IMG/VR virus record: IMGVR_UViG_3300028833_005988
Span: 16,004-80,003 of that record
Reading direction: 5' to 3' (one strand)
Length of the DNA: 64,000 bases
From: a virus
Taxonomy: Duplodnaviria > Caudoviricetes
Position 1 is the first letter of the stretch. Every line of letters begins with the position of its first letter. The notes below the pieces were generated by a model. The model saw nothing but the letters and a program-made list of their open reading frames with translations. It was not told the DNA's origin and searched no databases. Both the position numbers and the translations under genes were made by a program. Below, piece after piece: positions 53,333 to 63,606 of the stretch.

Positions 53333-56300
53333 ATGACGCTTTAGGAAAAGGGTATTCCTTATGTGAATTATCACCGGCATTCCTGTTACAGCAACGTCAT
53401 GCTGACAGACAGCGTAGTCACCAATGAAGACTACGCCAAGCGGGCGGTAGAATTGGGGCATACCATTCTTTCCTCCTGCGAGCACGGCACCCAAGGCAAC
53501 TACTGGCAATGCTCCGAACTGGCAAAGAAGTACGATCTGCACTGGCGGTATGTGAGCGAAGCCTATTTTGTAAAGGACAGGCGTGAAAAGGATAACGCCA
53601 ACTGCCATATTATCCTGGCTGCCAAGACGAGAAAGGGCATCGGCGATCTGAATTTCGCCCTGTCCGAAGCCAACATTAGCGGATATTACTATCGGCCCCG
53701 GGTCGATCTGGAATTACTGCTGTCCCTGGATTCGCAGGACGTTTTTGTGACCACGGCCTGCATCGCCGGGGTGTTCAAATACGGCTGGGAGGAGGCGGAA
53801 CGCCTGATCCTCCGCTTCGCAAAGCACTTTCGGGGCAGCTTCATGTAGGAAGTACAGTATCACGACACGGATAAGCAGCGGGAGGTCAACCAATTCCTGC
53901 TGGGCTTGTACAGAAAGCACGGGATTCCCCTCATCATGGGAACCGACAGCCATTATATCCATCCGCGGGACGCAGAACTTCGGCAGCAGCGGTTGGAAGC
54001 CAACCACATTCTGTATGAGGACGAAGGCGGCTGGTATATGGATTATCCCTCCGGAGCAGAAGCGTTTCAGCGCTTTCAGCGGCAGGGCGTTCTTTCCGAC
54101 GCGCAAATCCGGGAGGCCATGGAGAATACCTGCATCTTTGAATCCTTTGAGGATGTGGAATTCGACAAGAGCAAAAAGCTGCCCACCATCTATCCTGAGC
54201 TGACACAGGAGGAACGGAACCATAAGTATCTCGATCTGGTGAACGCCGCCTTTGAGCAGCAGACTGCTGGCATGACGGAGGAAGAAAAAAGTGTCCGTGC
54301 GGAAGGCGTGAAATACGAAACGGATGTGGTCACCTCCACCGGCATGAGCGATTATTTCCTGTTGGATCACGAGCTGGTGTGCCGCGCCGTAAAAAAAGGC
54401 GGCATCATCACCAAAACGGGACGCGGCAGCGCGCCCAGCTACTATACCAACTCCCTGCTGGGCCTGTCCTCCATTGACCGCTTCGCCATCCCTGTGGAAA
54501 TGTTCCCGGATCGGTTCATTTCGGCGGACAGAATCGTATCCGGCAGCCTGCCGGACATCGACATGAACGTAGCCAACCGGGAAGCCTTTGAGGAAGCCCA
54601 GGCGGAAGTACTGGGCGAATGGAGAAGCGCGCCTATGGTGGCTTTCGGTACCCTGAAACGGCTCTCCGCCTGGAAAATGTACTGCCGGGCCTCCAATCTT
54701 TCCTTCGATGTCGCCAACAGCATCGGGGATAAACTGAAAGCCTATGAAACAGCGGTCAGATACGCGGAGGACGGTGAGGAAATTGCGCTTTCCGACTACA
54801 TCCCAGAAGAATATCGGGAATAGGTCGCCGCCAGCGAGCAGTACATGGGTGTGATCGATTCCATTTCCCCACATCCCTGCGCCTATCTGCTCTGCCGGGA
54901 AGATATTCGTCGGGAAATCGGGATCATCCGCATCAACAGCAAGGGAGCCAAGAAAAAGACTGTCTACGCCGCCTTTATCGACGGCGCAACGGCGGAACAG
55001 TTCGGATATCTAAAGAATGACCTGCTCCTGGTGGAAGTTGTTAAAACCAACCATGAGGCATTTAAGCGCATTGGGACGGAGCAGCCGGATGTGAACGAGC
55101 TTTTGCGGCTCACAGCCCAGGATAAGGAGACGTGGCGTATGTACGCGGAAGGATTGACCATGGGGCTGAATCAGGTGGAACAGCCGAAAACACGGGAAAA
55201 GGTGATGCAGTACAAACCCAGGAACATCACCGAGCTGGCGTCCTTTGTGGCAGCGGTACGCCCTGCGTTCAAATCCATGCTGCCCATCTTTCTGGCCCGG
55301 AGGCATTTTGACTATGGCATCCCCGCTTTTGACGCTTTGATCCAAACAAGAGAGATGTCGTCCAGCTTCATTCTGTTCCAGGAGCAACTGATGAAAACGC
55401 TTCAGCATGCCGGGTTTTCATCCCCTGAATCCTACGCGGCCATCAAGGCGATTGGGAAAAAACATCCGGAGAAGGTACTGCCGCTGAAGCAGCGTTTTCT
55501 GGAAAAGTTCTCAGAGAAAAGTGATCCTGATGCGGCAGAAAAGGTCTGGAAGATCATTGAAGACGCGACTTCGTATGGGTTTAACAGTTCTCATGCTGTC
55601 TGCGTCGCTCTGGACAGTCTGTACGGCGCTTGGCTGAAAGCTCATCATCCTTTGGAATACTACACCACCCTTCTCACCGGCTATGCCGCCAAGGGAGACA
55701 AAGACCGCATCTCTCTTGCCAAGGAAGAAATGCGGAAGGGCTTCGGCATCCGCGTGGTCCCCTGCAAATTCCGGCAGGACAATCGGGACTTCTATATTGA
55801 CTACGAAGAACGAACGATCTCTGACGCATAGACGTCGGTAAAGCACATAAGCCGCAAGGCTGCGGAAGCGCTCTACGCTATGCGGGACGGATTCTATGCC
55901 TGCTTTACCGATCTGCTGTATGATATGGAGCTTCATCCTGCCTTGGATTCCCAGGTGGTCGAAATCCTGATCCGGCTGGACTATTTTCGGGAGTTCGGTT
56001 CCAACGGAAAGCTATAGAAGTTATTAAGGGAGTTCCGGGAAGGGGAAGCCCACTTTTCCAAAACCCATATTCCCAGGACCCAGGAGGCGCGGCTGCGCGT
56101 TCTTCGCGGGATCGAGAGAAGTCTGCCGGAGGAAACCATTCCGCCTTATGAGCAGGCGCGTTTTGAAATCGACCACTGCGGTACGCCGCTCACCTTGTTT
56201 CCGGCATTAAAGTTTGAATACGCCGTTATAGATGTGGATGATCGGTACAGCCCCAAGCTGAAGCTGTGCAGCCTCTCCACTGGACATACGGGCGTGATGA

Positions 56301-56461
56301 AGCTGAAAAAGGCGCTGTTTCAGCAAAAACCCATTGAAGAAGGCGCCATCCTCCGCCTGATCGCCTGGAACCGAAAACCGGCGTATCAGTTTCTCGACGG
56401 GAAAGCCAAGCCAAGATCCGACATGTTCGACCTGTGGATCACCGATTATGAACTGATCTGA
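53333..56461 (+). CDS. dnaE: DNA polymerase III alpha subunit; 5 in-frame TAG (53342, 53846, 54821, 55829, 56015)
   Basis: PHP YHRHS, CEHG, GTDSHY; GRGSA, PDIDM, HPCAY, LKNDLL, YGFNSSHA. Start 53333 has RBS AAGGAG (alternative GTG 53363). Confidence 0.92.
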
Positions 56462-56497
56462 TGATCCGTCCGGCCAGCGTTTTTCTGGCCGGTACAG

Positions 56498-56582
56498 GGG
56501 AGCATGGCGGAACTGGCAGACGCGGAGGTCTCTAAAACCTTTGCTTTACGGCGTGCGGGTTCAAATCCCGCTGCTCCCACCA
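56498..56582 (+). tRNA. tRNA-Leu-type body with CUA anticodon (reads UAG)
   Basis: Acceptor GGGAGCA/TGCTCCC, discriminator A and encoded CCA; D-arm GCGGAACTGGCAGACGC; anticodon arm GAGGT-CTCTAAA-ACCTT (CTA at 56532-56534); extended variable arm; T-arm GCGGG-TTCAAAT-CCCGC. Confidence 0.93.
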
Positions 56583-56623
56583 TCGCGCTTCATGCGCAGA
56601 AAAGCTTGTAAAGGAGGCGGATC

Positions 56624-56938
56624 ATGAATACGATTCCCTTACGATTCATCCATGCCGGTTTCGGCCATGTGGTATGCGCCAATCGGGTTTCCATGGTACT
56701 CAATCCCCAAACCGCCAGCGCCCGGCGATAGATTAGGGCCGCAAAAGAGGCAAAACCCTCCAGATTTGTGGATATGACCTTTGGCCGAGCCACAAAGAGC
56801 GTCTTACTGTTGGACGACGGAGCCGTGATTGGTTGCGGATTGACCTACCGCACCATAATGTCGCGGCTGAACGGCGATGCCCCATTGGAAGCGGAAGCAG
56901 AACCGATCCTGGGCACAGAAGCGGAGAATGCGGAATGA
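56624..56938 (+). CDS. RemA/DUF370-like protein; 1 in-frame TAG (56729)
   Basis: GFGHVVCANRV...SARR*IRAAKE...DMTFGRATKSVLLLDDGAVI. Confidence 0.75.
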
Positions 56939-57573
56939 AAATCATTCAGCAGTCCGCCCGTATCCTCACCCCGGAGGATGGAATGCAGGTGCTGCGGCAG
57001 ATTGAGCAGGCTGGCCGCAACTGTTACCGTTCTGAAAGAAAGATCACAGAGGACAGCGCGCCGCGTTTTGTGGCCGCACTGTTGAAACGAGGCCACCTTT
57101 CGCCTGTGGAGTTTGCCGATATGAGCGTGGAGTAGGTCACTTCCCGGGATGTGATGGCGGAACTCACCCGGCATCGATTGGCCAGCTTCTGCATTGAGAG
57201 CCAGCGGTATGTAAACATGAATGGAGAAATCGCCTTCATCCAGCCGATATTTTATCGGGAAGGTTCTTGGGCCTCCGGGCTCTGGTGGAAGTGCATGAAG
57301 GATGCAGAAAAAATCTACCATGATATGCTGGCACACGGCATCAAGCCCGAGGACGCCAGGAAGGTATAGCCCAATTCCACCGCTGTCCGCATCATCATGA
57401 AGGCCAACCTGCGGGAGTGGCTGCACATCTTCACGCTCCGAACCGATCCGGCAGCTTATCCTGAAATGCGGACATAGATGGCGCTACTGCTGCGGCAGGC
57501 CAGGGAAAGGATCCCCTTGATATTTGACGGAATAACAATCCCGGACGGAAAGGACGAAAACCATGAGAATTGA
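56935..57573 (+). CDS. thyX: Flavin-dependent thymidylate synthase; 3 in-frame TAG (57133, 57367, 57475)
   Basis: GHLSPVEF, ELTRHRLASFCIESQRY (RHRx7SxR), ARKV*PN, NLREWLH, EMR. Confidence 0.92.
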
Positions 57574-59440
57574 TAAGTATACCGATCATAACCGGCATTA
57601 GAGCTTCATTGACCGCTACGGTAGGGCGTCTAACGCTGCAACCAGCAGCGAAACGGATCCCAATGCCAATGTGGAAAGCAAGAACATCGCCACCATGGAA
57701 ACGGAAATCTATAAGGCGGACGCCATCGCCATCAATCGTCTGGGCATGTACCGGAAACTGCAGGAGATGTACGGCACCAACACCGCGGAAGAATATTTGC
57801 GGCAGCTGGAAGAGCATGAAATCTACCGGCATGACGAAGTGGGCATTTTGGGCAAACCCTACTGTGCCAGCGTGACGCTCTATCCCTTCCTTTTCTATGG
57901 AAACACCTGCATCGGCGGCACCAGCGAAGCGCCCAAGAATCTCTCTTCCTTCTGCGGCGCGTTCATCAACCTGGTATTCGCTTAGGCCAGCCAGTTCTGC
58001 GGGGCCATTTCCACGCCGGAGTTCCTCTGCTACATGGATTATTTCATCCGCAAAGAGTATGGCGACGACTATTACCAACGTTCAGATGAGGTCGTAGATT
58101 TATCCACTCGCCACCGCACCCTTGATAAGGTGATTACCGACGCCTTTGAGCAGGTGGTGTACTCCATCAATCAGCCTGCCGCCGCCCGCGGGAATCAGTC
58201 CTGCTTCTGGAATATCGCCTATTTTGACCAGCCGTACTTCCATGGGATGTTTGAAGATTTTGTGTTCCCGGACGGTACGAAGATGCGCTGGGACTCTGTC
58301 TCCTGGCTGCAAAAGCGTTTCATGCGCTGGTTCAATCAGGAACGGAAGCGCAAGCTGCTGACTTTCCCGGTGGAAACGGTGAACCTGCTGGACAACGGCG
58401 AGGATTTCGTAGATCAGGAATGGGCGGACTTTGTAGCAAAGATGTGGGCGGAGGGACACAGCTTTTTCGTGTACCGCTCTGATTCGGTGGATTCGTTAGC
58501 ATCCTGCTGTCGTCTTAGAAATGAAATGCAGGATAACACCTTCTCCTACACGTTAGGCGCCGGCGGAGTCGCCACAGGCAGCAAATGCGTCATGTCCATC
58601 AACGTGAACCGCCTAGTGCAAAATGCCGTTTGGGACAATGGCTTGGAGGATGTGCGTGAAGCGATGTCGGAGATGGTGGAGAAGGTTCATAGGTATTTGC
58701 TGGCTTTCAATGCGATCCTGAAGGAACGTCAGGCCGCCGGGTTGCTGCCGGTCTACGACGCGGGTTTCGTCTCCCCGGAAAAACAGTACCTGACCATTGG
58801 TGTGAATGGCTTTATCGAAGGCGCTGAAGCGCTGGGGATCGAGATCGACGCGGACAATCCACAGTATATTGCCTATGCCGAAGCGGTGTTGCAGCCGATC
58901 TACGAAGCAAACCGAAAGGACCGGCAGGAGGGGATCATGTGGAACACGGAAATGGTACCCGCGGAATCCTTGGGCGTAAAGAATGCTGCTTGGGATAAGG
59001 CGGACAAGCTGTTTGTTCCGCGAGACTGCTACAACTGTTATTTCTTCCGGGTAGAGGATCCCAAGGTCAATGTGCTGGATAAATTAAAGCTTCACGGACG
59101 CGCCTTTACCAAGTACCTGGACGGCGGCTCGGCCTGCCACATCAATCTGGATGAGCATTTGACCAAGGAACAGTACGTCCTGCTGCTGAAAGCCGCTGTT
59201 CGCACCGGCTGTAATTACCTGACCTTCAACATTCCCAACACGCTCTGCAAAAAGTGCGGGTATATCAGCAAGCACCGCTTGGATGAATGCCCCAAATGCC
59301 ACAGCCGGAGCCTGGATTACGCCACGCGGGTCATTGGGTATCTGAAGCTGGTGTCCCGGTTTGCGGAAGCGAGGCAGGAGGAAGAACATCAGCGGTACTA
59401 CGCAAGCAGCCTGGAGGGCGCCCATGGGCAAGGTGATTAA
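57563..59440 (+). CDS. nrdD: Anaerobic ribonucleoside-triphosphate reductase; 2 in-frame TAG (57599, 57983)
   Basis: PYCASVT, EMVPAESLG, YLDGGSACH, CKKC...CPKC, glycyl-radical loop TRVIGYL. Confidence 0.93.
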
Positions 59441-59621
59441 GAACCCGGATGAGGTCTTTTATAAGAACCTCAAGCGGCGCATCAAGCAAAACAACGGCTA
59501 TTGCCCCAACAAGCCGCGCCACGTCCCGGAAAACAAATGCCCGTGTCAGGCGTTCCGGGAGGGGAAGAGCTGCGACTGCGGGCAGTACATCGAATAGCCG
59601 GAGGATGTGACGGTATGCTGA
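59424..59621 (+). CDS. Ferredoxin-thioredoxin reductase catalytic subunit-like small protein (ends 59597 if TAG is a stop)
   Basis: GYCP...KCPC...CDCG motif. Confidence 0.6.
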
Positions 59622-59860
59622 TCTGTACGGAATGCGGGCGGACATTTGAACGGCCCCAGGAGGCTGTAGAACAGCATGGGCTGGACACGCCGCCCTACGA
59701 AAAAATCAGCATGTGTCCCTTCTGCGGCGGAGTGAGTCTGCGCAACGCATATCCCTGCTCCATTTGCGGCGGTTGGATCACCGGCAGCCACATCATCACG
59801 CTGGACGGGCAGCGCATCTGCGATGGCTGCTATATCCGCTATGAGGGGCCGGATGACTGA
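59615..59860 (+). CDS. Cys-rich Zn-finger hypothetical protein
   Basis: Four CxxC pairs (CTEC, CPFC, CSIC, CDGC). Confidence 0.65.
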   Translation: MLICTECGRTFERPQEAVEQHGLDTPPYEKISMCPFCGGVSLRNAYPCSICGGWITGSHIITLDGQRICDGCYIRYEGPDD

Positions 59861-60341
59861 AACGCCCCTGCGGTACATGGAATACGCCGTGACGCTGGCG
59901 GAGGCGCCGAAGGAGGTCAGCCTGACCATCGCTGTTTCCAACTGCGTCTTCCGCTGCTCCGGCTGCCATTCGCCCTATTTGTGGGAGGACAAGGGAGAAC
60001 TGCTGCTGCCGGCCCTGCCGGGACTGATTCGCAGGTATAAGGGGCTTATCTCCTGCGTGTGCTTCATGGGCGAAGGCCAGAATCCATCGGAATAGCGGCA
60101 GGCGCTGACGACAGTGCGGGAACACGGCTTGAAAACCTGCCTGTACAGCGGCTGCGACAGCATTCAGCCGTTTGTGCCGCTGCTTTCGCTGCTGGATTAC
60201 CTGAAAATCGGTCACTATGATGAAAAGATGGGCGGGCTGGACAGCGGGACGACAAATCAGCGGTTTTACCGCGTGGAAAATGGACAACTGATCGACGAAA
60301 CCGAGCAATTTCAGAGGAGGAAAGAGGAACATGACGCCTGA
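59853..60341 (+). CDS. nrdG: Anaerobic RNR activating enzyme; 1 in-frame TAG (60093)
   Basis: CVFRCSGCHS radical-SAM motif, FMGE, LYSG, LKIGHY, TTNQRFY. Confidence 0.9.
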
Positions 60342-60978
60342 CGAATACAAAGCGAAATACGGAGACACGGTCATCATGGGTATCGAGGCCAAATGGGTGG
60401 ACGGGCTATAGGTGGAGGGATACAATCCCAAAATCCTGGAGCCGGACGAGGATGGAAACGAGTACTGTGCGCTGCTGGAAGTGATTGAACAGCATTTGAT
60501 CAGTATGCCGCGCTGGAAAGCGGAAACCGATCTCACCTTCAAGCAGGTCATTCCCTATGTGATCGTGGAGCACCGTCCCACCGGACACATTTACATGACC
60601 ACCCGGATCGGCGGGGATGATCGGCTGAAAGGGCAGCACAGCATTGGCCTTGGCGGGCACATGGATGAGGACGAAAGGATTCTGGATACCCTTTACCGGG
60701 AACTGGAAGAAGAAGTGGGACTTCACCGGGACGACATCGCCGATATTTCGCTCTGCGGTTTTCTGTCCAGCACCATGACGGAGGTGGACAGCGTTCATTT
60801 AGGCCTGATCTACCATATCACCACGAACCGGGAGGATATTTCCTGTCTGGAAAAAGACAAGCTGATGGGCGACTGGTTCACGGTGGAGCAGTTACAGGAA
60901 GCCAGAAAAGCGGGCCACATGGAATCCTGGAGTACGATTTGCTTTGACAGCCTGCTGAGAGGGGAGGCGACCGAATAA
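60331..60978 (+). CDS. NUDIX-family phosphoesterase; 1 in-frame TAG (60409)
   Basis: KQVIPY, SIGLGGHM, RELEEEVG, VHLGL, MESWS. Confidence 0.85.
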
Positions 60979-61298
60979 TGCCCATCATCACCGGCGTTCA
61001 GCCCGATGCGCCTACCGTGGTCAACGAAAGAGGCGGCGCACAGTCCGCCACACCCTATGCCTTTCACTTCCTGCCGCCCAACGCCATGTTTGCCGCGGCG
61101 GAAACGGCCAAATACGGCGCGGAAAAGTATCACGAGTCTCTTCAGGATCGGAACTACAAGAAAATCCCGACCGAGGAACATGTGAACCACGCTATCCAGC
61201 ACCTGTACGCTTATTTGGCCGGAGATCAGACAGACGATCATCTGGCTCACGCCATCCTGCGGGCCATGTTCGCCTATGAAACGGCGTATGAGCAATAA
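60978..61298 (+). CDS. dATP/dGTP diphosphohydrolase-like (DUF5664) protein
   Basis: KYGAEKY...NY...HAIQHL...DHLAHA. Confidence 0.75.
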   Translation: MPIITGVQPDAPTVVNERGGAQSATPYAFHFLPPNAMFAAAETAKYGAEKYHESLQDRNYKKIPTEEHVNHAIQHLYAYLAGDQTDDHLAHAILRAMFAYETAYEQ

Positions 61299-61794
61299 AT
61301 TGCAAAAATCATCAAAATCTCTCCGCCTCCTCTGCGCCGATCTCTCCTTGCGCTGTCCCGGTTTTGCCGTCCTGCGGTATGAGAGCGGGAAAATCACCGT
61401 GGAAAGGCTGTGCCACCTGAACCATCGCGAGCAGAATTGCTGTCATGGCGAAATTTTGGCGGCTATCTATGATATGATCACGGAGCTTTCCGCTGATGTG
61501 GCCGTATTCGTGCGGGAAAAGGGCTTCTCCCGATTCCCGCACGAAACCCAGGTTCTTTTCAAGGTGGTAGGTATCGTTGACCTGGCCGCGTGGCGGCAGT
61601 GCAAAACGCAGTTTGAGGAAATCGCGCCGACCACCGTGAAAAAACTGCTGACCGGATCGGGGAAAGCCAGCAAGGAGGAGGTTGCCGCCGCATAGGAGCA
61701 GTACGTGGGAAAACAGGATTACGCCACCAATGACGAGAGCGACGCTGTTGCCGTGGGGGTGGCGTGGCTACGGTCACATAGATATATTGAATGA
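61288..61794 (+). CDS. ruvC: RuvC-like Holliday junction resolvase; 1 in-frame TAG (61693)
   Basis: ADLS, VRE, VKKLLTGSGKASKEEV; catalytic DESDAVAV lies after the TAG. Confidence 0.88.
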
Positions 61795-62028
61795 ATATGA
61801 GGTTATATTCCTCTGTAATTTCAATAGGAACATAGCCTTTTTCGCATGCGCGAAATCGAAAGGAAGGATGAAGATTGAACATCATACAAACCACAACAAC
61901 AGAAGCTTATCTGGAAGAAAAGCCGCATGTCCGTCTGCATTTCACGCAGTCGCCGCAGCCTGACATCGTTAATCGGATTTAGGGAATATAGATAAGAGAT
62001 ACATTATCCATGATGGAAGGAGGAGCTG

Positions 62029-63606
62029 ATGATGAAACGAGTATTATGCCTGTACAGGGTATCAACAATCGGGCAGGTTGACCATGACGATATTCCCATG
62101 CAGCGGATCGCGTGCAGGGAGTTTATCGCGCAGCACCCTGACTGGGAATTGGTTGATGAGGTGTCTGAGAAGGGTGTATCCGGCTACAAGACCAAAACTG
62201 CGGATCGGGATGCACTGGCTCAAATTAAGGCAAAAGCGTTGGCCAAAAAGTTTGATATCCTGCTTGTGTTCATGTTTGACCGTATTGGACGGCGTGATGA
62301 CGAAACGCCATTCGTGGTTCAATGGTTTGTAGAAAACGGAATTGAGGTCTGGAGCACCAAAGAGGGCGAGCAACGTTTTGATACCCATGTGGATAAGCTG
62401 CTGAACTATATTCGCTTCTGGCAGGCATCCGGTGAAAGTGAAAAGACCTCTCTGAGAATACGTACCAAGCATTTGCAAATGATACAGGAAGGCTTATACA
62501 GAGGCGGATTGGTTCCCTATGGGTATCGGCTTGAACATCAGGGACGGGTGAACAAGAAGAATCAACCGGTACGCGACCTGGTAATTGATGAAAAAGAAAG
62601 CCTTATTGTACAGGAAGTATTCCACAAAATTACTTCTGATGGTTGGGGAACGAATAGAATCGCCAACTGGCTGAATGCGCGAGGTATCCCTACAAAACAT
62701 GGGGACAGTTTTTGGCGGGGCACCTCGGTTCGTGCGGTAATACGGAATCCGATTTATACCGGCAGAATTCGCTTTGGTGATGATCTGTCCGAACCTTTTG
62801 AGCACTTGCGTTTGATTGATGACGCCTTATTTGAACAGTGCGACAGGTTAGTGAGAGAAAAAGCGCCACGGATGTCCAGTAAACGCACCTCTGCCCTCCG
62901 CAGTACAAGCAGAGGCTTATTGACTGGTGTCTTGTATTGCGGTACCTGTGGGGAAAGAATGTGCTTTAACCATAACAGGACGATACACTCTCTTGCAGAT
63001 GGAACAAAAAAATGCTATGAAAGAGATGTCTACCGTTGCTATCGGAAGATCAGTGACCGCAAAGGATGTACAGGGCGTTCCACGTATTCCGTTGAACGGA
63101 TCGAAGGGGATGTGCTGGATGCCATAAGGACTTTTTTTGAAAGAATCAAGTCCGCACCGACGCAGGTGATGCTACATTCTGCAGGCAGCAGAGCAAAAAC
63201 CATTAACGAGGAGGCACTTGCGAGGGCAGAGGCTGCGTTAAAAAAAGCGCAGTCTGAAATGACCGCGCTTGAAGAAGAAGCCGTTAAAGCGCTGACGGGC
63301 GAAAGCAAAATGGACGTTACTTTTATCAACACTCTGATTCCCAAACGCCGCGCCAACCTGGAAAAAGCAATGGCCGAAGTGGAGAGTATTCGAACGGAAA
63401 TCGAGAATGAAGCAAAGACGGATGCAATGCACAAACGGGAGCTTCAGATGATCCTAACCTGGGCAGAAACGTTTGAAACGGCACCGTTGGATACGAAACG
63501 TACTATCATCTCAGCAATGATCGAAAGGATCATTGTAAATAACGATTATTCTCTGGATATTCAGTTCAGAATGAGCATGAATCAGTTTATGGGAAAGGCT
63601 GCATAG
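62029..63606 (+). CDS. Large serine recombinase (integrase)
   Basis: YRVST catalytic Ser, DRIGR, recombinase domain GLVPYGY, Zn ribbon CGTC...YRC, coiled coil; ends in TAG. Confidence 0.95.
   Translation: MMKRVLCLYRVSTIGQVDHDDIPMQRIACREFIAQHPDWELVDEVSEKGVSGYKTKTADRDALAQIKAKALAKKFDILLVFMFDRIGRRDDETPFVVQWFVENGIEVWSTKEGEQRFDTHVDKLLNYIRFWQASGESEKTSLRIRTKHLQMIQEGLYRGGLVPYGYRLEHQGRVNKKNQPVRDLVIDEKESLIVQEVFHKITSDGWGTNRIANWLNARGIPTKHGDSFWRGTSVRAVIRNPIYTGRIRFGDDLSEPFEHLRLIDDALFEQCDRLVREKAPRMSSKRTSALRSTSRGLLTGVLYCGTCGERMCFNHNRTIHSLADGTKKCYERDVYRCYRKISDRKGCTGRSTYSVERIEGDVLDAIRTFFERIKSAPTQVMLHSAGSRAKTINEEALARAEAALKKAQSEMTALEEEAVKALTGESKMDVTFINTLIPKRRANLEKAMAEVESIRTEIENEAKTDAMHKRELQMILTWAETFETAPLDTKRTIISAMIERIIVNNDYSLDIQFRMSMNQFMGKAA

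Larger units (their letters stand above)
20328..63606. mobile_element. Large integrated phage/ICE-like element (boundaries not defined)
   Basis: Co-oriented small early-type genes, ArdC, own DnaE/primase-helicase/SSB/RuvC/NrdDG/ThyX, tyrosine and serine recombinases; no virion or T4SS genes recognised. Confidence 0.75.

Noticed and set aside
21312-60798. Long minus-strand ORFs such as 21312-22319, 23184-24251, 26768-27577, 27300-28397, 41569-42600, 52538-53608, 53714-54874
   Set aside because: Antisense shadows of GC-rich plus-strand genes, with no recognisable motifs.
48797-61794. Decayed prophage with many nonsense pseudogenes
   Set aside because: All interruptions are TAG, with no frameshifts or internal TAA/TGA seen; catalytic motifs are intact; a CUA tRNA is present.
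48797-61794. TAG = Gln (code 15), Tyr or pyrrolysine
   Set aside because: Most contexts are hydrophobic Leu-type positions, the tRNA has Leu features, and no pyl genes are seen. Formal alignment is still needed.
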